Below are positions 8,232 through 14,988 of a DNA stretch of 14,988 bases, one piece after another (position 1 is the first letter of the stretch; the number at the start of each line of letters is the position of its first letter). The notes under the pieces are model-generated. The model worked only from the letters and a program-made list of their open reading frames with translations. It was not told the DNA's origin and did no database searches. Location of the stretch: assembly GCA_044868695.1 (NCBI GenBank), contig JBIOWP010000121.1:1-14988 (forward strand). Reading direction: 5' to 3'. This stretch comes from a bacterium (GTDB taxonomy: Bacteria > Sysuimicrobiota > Sysuimicrobiia > Sysuimicrobiales > Kaftiobacteriaceae). The position numbers were made by a program, and so were the translations under genes.

Positions 8232-9512
8232 CTACGCCGGGACCGGCTCCCGCATGACATCATCGGGGTGCACCAGTTTCCCGGCAACCGCCGCCGCGGC
8301 GGCCACCGCGGCGTTGCTCAGAAAGACCTGGCTGCCGCGATGTCCCATGCGGCCGATAAAGTTCCGGCTGCTGGTCGACACGCACACCTCACCGTCGGCC
8401 AGCACCCCCATGTGCCCGCCGATACAGGGGCCGCAGGTCGACGTGCTGAACGCCGCTCCCGCGTTAAGGAAAATCTGGATCAGGCCCTCGTCGAGCGCCT
8501 GCCGGTAGATCGCGGGGGTCGCCGGAATGACGAGCAGCCGGGTATTGGCGTGCACCTTGCGGCCGGCCAGGACCTTGGCCGCCGTACGCAGGTCCTCGAT
8601 CCGGCCATTGGTGCACGTTCCGATGAAGCACTGGTCTACCCGCACCCCGCCCGCCTCACGCACCGGGATGACGTTCCCGGGCGACGCCGGCGCGGAGACC
8701 ACAGGCTCCAGCGTGGAGACGTCGTACATGCGGACATCGGCGTATCGCGCGTTGCCGTCGCTGCGCTGCGGGGTGAACGGGCGGCGGGCTCGCGGCCGCA
8801 CCCACCCCAGGGCGCGATCATCGGGCTCCATGATCCCGTTTTTCGCGCCGGCTTCCACGGCCATGTTCGTGATGGAAAACCGTTCGTCCATCGTCAGCTG
8901 GGCGAGCGTATCCCCCGCGAACTCCATCGCGCCGTAGCGCGCGCCGTCCACCCCGATCTCGCCGATGACCTTGAGGATGAGGTCCTTCCCGGTCACCCAG
9001 GGGCGCAGCCGGCCGGAGAAGACAAATTTGGTGGACTCCGGCACCCGCAGCCACAGCCGGCCCAGCGCCATGGCGGCGGCCAGGTCGGACGACCCGACGC
9101 CCGTGGCAAACGCCCCCAGCGCACCGTGGTTGCACGTGTGTGAGTCCGCCCCCACGAACACCTCGCCCGGAAGCACATACCCCAGCTCCGCGAGGAGCAC
9201 GTGGGCGATGCCGGACCGTCCCACGTCGTAGAAATGCGGCAGGGCATGAGCGGCGACAAACTCCCGCGTCACCTTACACTGCTGCGCTGAGGCGATGTCT
9301 TTGTTGGGGACGTAGTGGTCGAAGACGAACCCCACTCGGTCCGGATCGAAGACTCTGGCCACGCCCATCTTTTCGAATTCCTTGATCGCCAGGGGCGCGG
9401 TGATATCGTTGGCAAACAAGAAATCCACGTTGCAGTCGATCAGATCACCGGGCCGCACGTCGGGACGGCCTGCGTGGGCGGCCAGAATTTTTTCCGTGAT
9501 CGTCATCCCCAT
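8232..9512 (-). CDS. leuC: 3-isopropylmalate dehydratase large subunit (type 2, homoaconitase-like clade)
   Basis: MGMTITEKILA, GADSHTC, FIGTCTNGRIEDL, STCGPCIGG, STSSRNFIGRMG. Start taken at ATG 9512, just after the leuA stop. Confidence 0.95.
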   Translation of the reverse strand: MGMTITEKILAAHAGRPDVRPGDLIDCNVDFLFANDITAPLAIKEFEKMGVARVFDPDRVGFVFDHYVPNKDIASAQQCKVTREFVAAHALPHFYDVGRSGIAHVLLAELGYVLPGEVFVGADSHTCNHGALGAFATGVGSSDLAAAMALGRLWLRVPESTKFVFSGRLRPWVTGKDLILKVIGEIGVDGARYGAMEFAGDTLAQLTMDERFSITNMAVEAGAKNGIMEPDDRALGWVRPRARRPFTPQRSDGNARYADVRMYDVSTLEPVVSAPASPGNVIPVREAGGVRVDQCFIGTCTNGRIEDLRTAAKVLAGRKVHANTRLLVIPATPAIYRQALDEGLIQIFLNAGAAFSTSTCGPCIGGHMGVLADGEVCVSTSSRNFIGRMGHRGSQVFLSNAAVAAAAAVAGKLVHPDDVMREPVPA

Positions 9513-9516
9513 CGGC

Positions 9517-11061
9517 CTATGAGCCCCCTTCCTGCGCGAGCAGCGCGGCCGGCCGCTGGCCGACGAGGATCTTGTTGACCGCGGCCAGATACGCACGGCC
9601 GCTGGCCTCGAGAATGTCGGTGCTGCTCGCGCGGCCCACGGAGAGGTCCCCCTCCCACCGCAGCTTCACGACCGCCTCGCCGACGGCATCGGCGCCGCCG
9701 GCCGCCGCCCGCACCGTGTAGTCCACCAGCTCCGGGTGGACCCCGACGGCGGACGCGATGGCATCAAACAGCGCGTTCACGGGACCGTCGCCGCTGGCCG
9801 TCCGTTCCGCTTCCGCGCGACCGCGCGACACGACCACCGTCGCCGCCGGCTTGCTTCCGCTGCCGGTCGCCACGGCGAACCGCCGCAGTTCCCACGTGCG
9901 AGGCGCGGTGGCGAACTCCTCCTCGACCAGGGCGATGACCTCGTCCTGGGCGACGGTCTTCTTCCGGTCGCAAACCTCCTTGAACCGCGCGAACGCGCGC
10001 TCGAGTTCCTCCGGCCCCAGGCGGATCCCCGCGTCGTGCAGGACCCTCCCGAACGCGTGGCGGCCGGAGTGCTTGCCAAGGACCAGGCGGTTGGTCGGCA
10101 GCCCGATGGACGCCGGTGTCATGATCTCATAGGTCCGCCGGTCCACCAGCACCCCGTGCTGGTGAATCCCCGCCTCGTGCGCGAAGGCGTTCGCGCCGAC
10201 GACGGCCTTGTTCGGCTGGACGTCGATCCCTGTAAACGCGCAGAGGAGCCGGCTGGTCGGGTAAATCTGGGTCGTGTCAATCCCGGTGATGAGGCTCGCC
10301 GTGTCCCGCCGTGTTGCCAGCGCCATGATGACCTCTTCCAGCGCCACGTTGCCGGCCCGCTCGCCGATCCCGTTGACCGTCCCTTCGACCTGCCGCGCTC
10401 CCGCCTGCAGGCCGGCCAGGGAGTTGGCGGTCGCCAGCCCGAGGTCGTTATGACAGTGTACGCTGACCGTCACCCGGTCCATGCCCGGGACGCGCTCGAT
10501 CAGCGTGCGGACGAGGGCGCCGAACTCTTCCGGCAGCGCGTACCCGACGGTGTCGGGAATGTTGATGATCGTAGCGCCCGCGGCGATGGCCGCCTCAAAG
10601 ACCCGGCACAGAAAGTCGATCTCGGACCGGGTGGCGTCCTCGGCGCTGAACTCCACTTCGGGAACCAGCGACCGCGCGAATGCGACGGCCTTGCGCGCGC
10701 TCTCCAGGACCTCCTCGGGCGTCATCCGGAGCTTGTGCGCCATATGGATGGGCGACGTGGCGATAAAGGTGTGCACCCGCGCCCGCTCAGCCAGCCCGAC
10801 GGCCTCCGCCGCGGTCTCCACGTCCTTCGGGTTGGCGCGCGCCAGCCCGCAGATCACGGGACCGCGCACCTCGGCGGCGATCCGCCGAACGCCTTCGAAC
10901 TCGCCCGGGGAGGAGATGGGGAACCCGGCTTCGATAACGTCCACGCCGAGCCGCGCCAGCTGGCGGGCCATCTGGAGCTTTTCTTCCGGCCACATCGAGA
11001 AGCCCGGCGACTGCTCTCCGTCGCGCAGCGTGGTGTCAAAGACGAACACGCGGGTGGACAT
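9517..11061 (-). CDS. leuA: 2-isopropylmalate synthase
   Basis: FDTTLRDGEQSPG, HCHNDLG, GIGERAGN, GKHSGRH, and a C-terminal regulatory domain (GDGPVNA). Start taken at ATG 11061, 5 nt after the ilvC stop. Confidence 0.96.
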   Translation of the reverse strand: MSTRVFVFDTTLRDGEQSPGFSMWPEEKLQMARQLARLGVDVIEAGFPISSPGEFEGVRRIAAEVRGPVICGLARANPKDVETAAEAVGLAERARVHTFIATSPIHMAHKLRMTPEEVLESARKAVAFARSLVPEVEFSAEDATRSEIDFLCRVFEAAIAAGATIINIPDTVGYALPEEFGALVRTLIERVPGMDRVTVSVHCHNDLGLATANSLAGLQAGARQVEGTVNGIGERAGNVALEEVIMALATRRDTASLITGIDTTQIYPTSRLLCAFTGIDVQPNKAVVGANAFAHEAGIHQHGVLVDRRTYEIMTPASIGLPTNRLVLGKHSGRHAFGRVLHDAGIRLGPEELERAFARFKEVCDRKKTVAQDEVIALVEEEFATAPRTWELRRFAVATGSGSKPAATVVVSRGRAEAERTASGDGPVNALFDAIASAVGVHPELVDYTVRAAAGGADAVGEAVVKLRWEGDLSVGRASSTDILEASGRAYLAAVNKILVGQRPAALLAQEGGS

Positions 11062-11066
11062 CGTCG

Positions 11067-12089
11067 TCAGGATGCGCCGACCGGCTGCTTGGGTGCTTTG
11101 CGCGACAGCCACGGCATCATCGCGCGCAGCCGGCGCCCGACCTCTTCGATCGAGTGCGCCTGCTCCTGCGTGCGCTGCTCTCTAAAATTCGGGCGGCCGG
11201 CCTGGTTTTCACTCACCCACTCGCGGGCGAACGTCCCGTCCTGAACCTCGCGCAGGATCCGCTTCATCTCCGCTCGCACCCGATCGCTGATGACCCGGTG
11301 GCCGCGGCTGTAGTCGCCGTACTCCGCCGTGTCGGAGACGGAATAGCGCATGTACGACAACCCGCCTTCGTACATGAGGTCCACAATCAACTTCATCTCA
11401 TGCAGGCACTCGAAGTAGGCAATCTCCGGCTGATACCCGGCTTCCACCAAGGTGTCGAACCCCGCCTTGATCAGGCTGGAGATCCCGCCGCACAGCACGG
11501 TCTGCTCGCCAAACAAGTCGGTCTCGGTTTCTTCCTTGAAGGTCGTCTCAATCACGCCCGCCTTCGTGCAGCCGACGGCGCGCGCGTAGGCGAGCGCCGT
11601 CTCCTTGGCGTGCCCCGTCACATTCTGGTGCACGGCCAGCAGCCCGGGCACCCCCACCCCCTCCACGAACAACTCTCGCATGCGGTGACCCGGCGCCTTG
11701 GGCGCAATCATCACGACGTCCACGGTCGGCGTGGGGACGATCTGGCCGAAGTGGATGTTGAACCCATGCGCAAACAGCAGCGTGCGCCCGGGCCGGAGAT
11801 TCGGCCCGACCTCCCCTTCATAGATCCCGCGCTGCACGTGGTCGGGCGTCAGCATGGCCACGAGGTCGGCCTGCTGCGCCGCCTCGGCTACGGGGGTGAC
11901 GCGGAACCCGTCCGCTTCCGCCTTGCTCCACGAAGGGCTGCCGCGGTAGAGCCCCACGATCACTGAGATCCCGCTGTCCTTGAGGTTCTGCGCGTGGGCG
12001 TGCCCCTGGCTGCCGTAGCCGATGACGGCCACCGTTGCGCCCCGCAGCGGCTCGCCCGGTGCGTCCTTGTCATAGTAGATGGTTGCCAT
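11067..12089 (-). CDS. ilvC: Ketol-acid reductoisomerase (class I)
   Basis: [67 protein letters not shown] before ATG 12089. Confidence 0.98.
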   Translation of the reverse strand: MATIYYDKDAPGEPLRGATVAVIGYGSQGHAHAQNLKDSGISVIVGLYRGSPSWSKAEADGFRVTPVAEAAQQADLVAMLTPDHVQRGIYEGEVGPNLRPGRTLLFAHGFNIHFGQIVPTPTVDVVMIAPKAPGHRMRELFVEGVGVPGLLAVHQNVTGHAKETALAYARAVGCTKAGVIETTFKEETETDLFGEQTVLCGGISSLIKAGFDTLVEAGYQPEIAYFECLHEMKLIVDLMYEGGLSYMRYSVSDTAEYGDYSRGHRVISDRVRAEMKRILREVQDGTFAREWVSENQAGRPNFREQRTQEQAHSIEEVGRRLRAMMPWLSRKAPKQPVGAS

Positions 12090-12111
12090 CGTCACACCCC
12101 CAAAGTCTGTC

Positions 12112-12612
12112 TCAGGTTGCCTGCGCTCCTCTGACGAGCGTCACCTGTCCCGTCCGGGCGATCTCCCGGATCCCGTACTTCACCAGGAGCTGCACGAAGG
12201 CGTCGATCTTTTCGCCGCGGCCGGTCACCTCAAGCGTCATGGTCTTGTCCGTGAGGTCGACCACACTCGCACGGAACACGTTGGCGATCTCCATGATTTC
12301 CAGCCGGGTGCCGGTGGTCACGTTCACTTTGATGAGGGCCAGCTCACGGTCGACGCTGGGCGCGCTGTCGATCGCCGTCGCCCGCATCACCTCGACGAGC
12401 TTGCGCAGCTGCTTCGCGAACTGTTCAGTGCGTTCCGGGGCCGTGTCAACGACGATGGTCATCCGCGACACACTGGGATCCTCCGTGGGCCCCACCGAGA
12501 GGCTGTGGATGTTCACCCCGCGCCGGCGAATCATCCCCGCCACGCGCACCAGCACGCCTGGGGCGTTCTGCACCAAGACCGAGATCGTGGCCGCGTGGGG
12601 CTGGCTACTCAT
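12112..12612 (-). CDS. ilvN: Acetolactate synthase small (regulatory) subunit
   Basis: ACT domain [46 protein letters not shown]; overlaps the ilvB stop by 8 nt. Confidence 0.96.
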   Translation of the reverse strand: MSSQPHAATISVLVQNAPGVLVRVAGMIRRRGVNIHSLSVGPTEDPSVSRMTIVVDTAPERTEQFAKQLRKLVEVMRATAIDSAPSVDRELALIKVNVTTGTRLEIMEIANVFRASVVDLTDKTMTLEVTGRGEKIDAFVQLLVKYGIREIARTGQVTLVRGAQAT

Positions 12613-14329
12613 CCAGAATCATCTCCGCCACCGACTGGCCGGAGGGGATCATCGGCAGGCAGTTCTCTTCCGGGTCGCAGAGGATATCCACGACGCACGG
12701 CACGCCTTCGGTCTCCAGCGCCGTCCGCAGCGCGGCCTCCACGCCCTCGGGCTGCTCCACCCGGATGCCGCGGGCGCCGAACGCGCGGCCGATCGCGGCG
12801 AAATCGGGGTTGCGGAGGATGGAAGACGAGAAGCGGCCGCGGTAGAAGAATGACTGCCACTGCCGGACCATGCCCAGCGCGCCGTTGTTGAGGACGAAGA
12901 TGGGCAGGCTGAGACCGTGCTCGACCGCCGTGATCAGATCCTGCATCGTCATTTGGAAGCCCCCGTCCCCGACGACCGCGATGACCTGCCGGTCAGGGCG
13001 GGCGAACTTCGCGCCCATGGCCGCCGGGAACCCGAACCCCATCGCCCCCAGACCGCCTGAGGAGATGAAGGTCCGCGGCTCGCGGCACTTGTACCACTGC
13101 GCCATCCACATCTGGTGCTGGCCCACGTCGGTGGCCACGATGGCCCGGCCTCCGGTCAGACGGTTCAGTAGGTCGCAGACATACTGATGGCTGATCCGGT
13201 CGCCGCGCGGCCGGTAGCGAAACGGATACCGCCGCCGCCACTCCTCAATCTGCTTCACCCACGCCTCGATCTGCGGAGCGTGAACGAGGGGTGTCAACGC
13301 CGCCAGGACGCGCTTCGCGTCCCCGACAATCGGGATATGCGCGGGTTTGTTCTTGCCGATCTCCGCGGGATCGATGTCGATGTGGATGAAGCGGGCGTGG
13401 GGGGCAAAGTCCTTCAGCCGCCCGGTCACCCGGTCGTCGAAGCGCACACCGACGGCCAGGATGACGTCGGCGCTGTTGATGGCGAAGTTCGCGAACGCGC
13501 TGCCGTGCATGCCGAGCATCCCCAGGCAGCGCGGATGCGCCTCGTCCATCGCGCCCTTGCCCATCAGCGTGAGCGCAGCCGGGATACCGGTCTTGTCCAC
13601 CAGCGCCGTGAGTTCCGCAGTCGCCCCGCTGCTCAGGATACCCCCGCCCGCGTAGATGAGCGGTTTCTGGGCGCCGGAGAGCGCCGCCGCCGCCTCGGCG
13701 ATCTGGTTGGGATTGCCATCCATGACCGGGCGGTAGCCGGGGAGGGTGTCCTCCTCACCGAAGCTCGGTTCGCACACTTCTTGTGAGACGTCGCGGGGGA
13801 TGTCCACGAGGACCGGACCGGGGCGGCCCGTGCCGGCCAGATGGAACGCCATCCGCACGGCCCTGGGGACATCGACCGCCTGCATCACCAGGGTGTTGTA
13901 TTTCGTGATGGGCATCGTGATACCGGTGACGTCGGCCTCTTGAAATGCATCATTGCCGATGACCGGCCGCGGGACCTGACCGGTGATCGCGACGACGGCG
14001 ACGGAATCCATCATGGCATCGGTCAGACCCGTAATCAGGTTGGTCGCGCCGGGCCCCGAGGTGGCCGTGCACACGCCGATGCGACCGGATGCGCGGGCGT
14101 AGCCGACCGCAGCGTGCGCGGCGACCTGCTCGTGGCGCACGAGGACGTGGCGGATATCCTCCGCGTCGTAGAGCGCATCATAAATGGGAAGCGACGCGCC
14201 GCCGGGATGGCCGAACAGCACCTCGACCTTTTCCCGCCGCAGCGCTTCCACGAGGGCCTGCGCGCCGTTCATCTGGCGTGGCCGCTCCGCCGATTTTGAC
14301 GGCGTGGGCGCGGTCAGTGGACGTGCCAT
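12605..14329 (-). CDS. ilvB: Acetolactate synthase large subunit, biosynthetic
   Basis: FGHPGGA, VRHEQ, TSGPGATN, DAFQEAD, TDVGQHQMW, ThDP motif GDGGFQM...NNGALGMVRQWQ. GGAGG RBS 8 nt before ATG 14329. Confidence 0.98.
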   Translation of the reverse strand: MARPLTAPTPSKSAERPRQMNGAQALVEALRREKVEVLFGHPGGASLPIYDALYDAEDIRHVLVRHEQVAAHAAVGYARASGRIGVCTATSGPGATNLITGLTDAMMDSVAVVAITGQVPRPVIGNDAFQEADVTGITMPITKYNTLVMQAVDVPRAVRMAFHLAGTGRPGPVLVDIPRDVSQEVCEPSFGEEDTLPGYRPVMDGNPNQIAEAAAALSGAQKPLIYAGGGILSSGATAELTALVDKTGIPAALTLMGKGAMDEAHPRCLGMLGMHGSAFANFAINSADVILAVGVRFDDRVTGRLKDFAPHARFIHIDIDPAEIGKNKPAHIPIVGDAKRVLAALTPLVHAPQIEAWVKQIEEWRRRYPFRYRPRGDRISHQYVCDLLNRLTGGRAIVATDVGQHQMWMAQWYKCREPRTFISSGGLGAMGFGFPAAMGAKFARPDRQVIAVVGDGGFQMTMQDLITAVEHGLSLPIFVLNNGALGMVRQWQSFFYRGRFSSSILRNPDFAAIGRAFGARGIRVEQPEGVEAALRTALETEGVPCVVDILCDPEENCLPMIPSGQSVAEMILDE

Positions 14330-14344
14330 CGTCATCCCCTCCAG

Positions 14345-14385
14345 AAAATACATTACGGGAGCGCCTCTAAGGACGGACGCTCCCG
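14345..14385 (-). terminator. T-box-controlled terminator
   Basis: CGGGAGCGTC pairs with GGCGCTCCCG (14385-14356), overlapping the antiterminator 3' strand, followed by TAATGTATTTT. Confidence 0.75.
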
Positions 14386-14593
14386 CGGTACCACCCTAGT
14401 TCCTCCACACGCGCTCGTCTGATCGCGCGTGGCGGCTCTCAACCCGATAACGGCGGTGTGCCGGCGGCGCCTCGCGAGATCCGTTCGGCGCCACGGCTCA
14501 GGGATGAGTTCGGCGGGAATCAGCGCCGCCGGCTTCCACCGTTCTCCGGCTCTCTAAATCGCCTGCCCCAGCCTACTGCTTCCCTTCGTTGCC
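14345..14593 (-). ncRNA. T-box riboswitch with Leu (CUC) specifier
   Basis: Stem I with AGTAG, AGAGA and GGTGGAA motifs; GAA-CTC specifier (CTC at 14508-14506); CCGTTA F-box; T-box sequence AGGGTGGTACCGCG; antiterminator CTAGGG/CCTTAG and GCG/CGT around a TGGTACC bulge. Confidence 0.95.
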
Positions 14594-14605
14594 GAGTCCA
14601 CCCGA

Positions 14606-14658
14606 TAGAAAAAGCCTGAGCGATAGATTCGTGTGAGGAACCTATCCCTCAGGCTTTT
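14606..14658 (-). terminator. Terminator of the ykkC-family riboswitch expression platform
   Basis: AAAAGCCTGAG-G-GATAGG pairs with TCTATC-G-CTCAGGCTTTT, ending in TTTTTCT; the 5' arm is the aptamer's 3' strand. Confidence 0.88.
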
Positions 14659-14750
14659 GTCCTGACGGTGTAACGGTCTAGACGACCGCCTGCGCCGCTC
14701 GGACCAACCGGCCCCTTGTGGGGACCGTGGAACCCTAGGCGCACTCCCTC
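14635..14750 (-). ncRNA. ykkC-family riboswitch aptamer, most likely subtype 2a (ppGpp)
   Basis: GAGGGAGTGCGCCTAGGGTTCC...TGGTCCGAGCGGCGCA...TACACCGTCAGGACAAAAGCCTGAGGGATAGGTTCCTC. It has the ykkC hallmarks CTAGGGTTCC, GGTCCGAG, ACACC and AAAAGCC, a P0 helix GAGGGA/TTCCTC, and lies upstream of BCAA genes. Confidence 0.9.
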
Positions 14751-14774
14751 GAGCGATATTCGGGCTTTCCAAGG

Positions 14775-14803
14775 AAGTTAGCAGAGGCGCAGGTGAATGT
14801 CAA
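14775..14803 (-). promoter_or_regulatory. Sigma70 promoter of the ilv-leu leader
   Basis: TTGACA (14803-14798), 17 nt, TAACTT (14780-14775), with an extended -10 TG; predicted start ~18 nt before the aptamer. Confidence 0.75.
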
Positions 14804-14988
14804 CCCCTGAAACCCCTGAGTAGTGGTTCAGTCTGGACTGTCATCCGTCTTCTGTTGGGCTAGTGGAAGGCCGCTCCGCTCTCGGGGCGGCTCACCCGCC
14901 GGGCGTAGCGCTCGGGCTCGCCAGCCACGATCGGCTGGGCTCACCCGGCCGGCACGACGGCCGGGCACGCTGCTCCGGGCCCCCCCGC
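14798..14988. mobile_element. Possible end of an insertion sequence (TGT terminus), partial
   Basis: Begins TGTCAACCCCTGAAACCCCTGAGTAGTGGTTCAGT with short direct repeats, followed by four consecutive GC hairpins. No transposase is visible in the window; resemblance only. Confidence 0.3.

Noticed and set aside
4847..14299. Long plus-strand ORFs over the ilv-leu operon (e.g. 7566-9143, 9736-11244)
   Set aside because: Antisense shadow ORFs of well-supported minus-strand genes.
14635..14750. Guanidine-I or PRPP assignment for the ykkC aptamer
   Set aside because: The P0 helix and ACACC core argue against guanidine-I; BCAA gene context and an A at the recalled discriminator position argue against PRPP. 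Not experimentally excluded.
14554..14772. 72-aa minus-strand ORF as a leader peptide
   Set aside because: It begins at about the predicted transcription start with TTG and no RBS, has no Leu/Ile/Val run, and the region is fully explained by the riboswitch and its terminator.
14838..14856. RNase P RNA 3' motif (minus strand AACAGAAGACGGATGA)
   Set aside because: Lacks the conserved CGGCTTA of the P4 3' strand.
14921..14965. Guanidine-II (mini-ykkC) riboswitch suggested by two ACGA-containing loops
   Set aside because: The loops are 6 nt, not G-ACGR-C tetraloops, and the linker is only 5 nt.

Overview
GC-rich bacterial chromosomal window with a Terrabacteria-type regulatory toolkit (T-box, CIRCE, CsoR); the host cannot be identified more precisely from this sequence. 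Left to right: a minus-strand csoR-copA copper-efflux operon (copA runs off the left edge and is absent from the ORF track); an unexplained minus-strand unit of strong promoter, ~155-nt structured RNA and terminator just upstream of csoR; a secreted trypsin-like serine protease; a CIRCE-preceded groEL with no adjacent groES; and a convergent minus-strand branched-chain amino acid operon ilvB-ilvN-ilvC-leuA-leuC-leuD-(50-aa sORF)-leuB-ilvD-(51-aa DUF1059-like protein). The ilv-leu leader holds a ykkC-family riboswitch with ppGpp-subtype features in tandem with a Leu(CUC) T-box. The last ~190 bp may be an IS end that supplies the -35 of this promoter. The best candidate for something undescribed is the orphan structured RNA upstream of csoR-copA, followed by the two small genes in the ilv-leu operon. 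All RNA folds were paired by eye.
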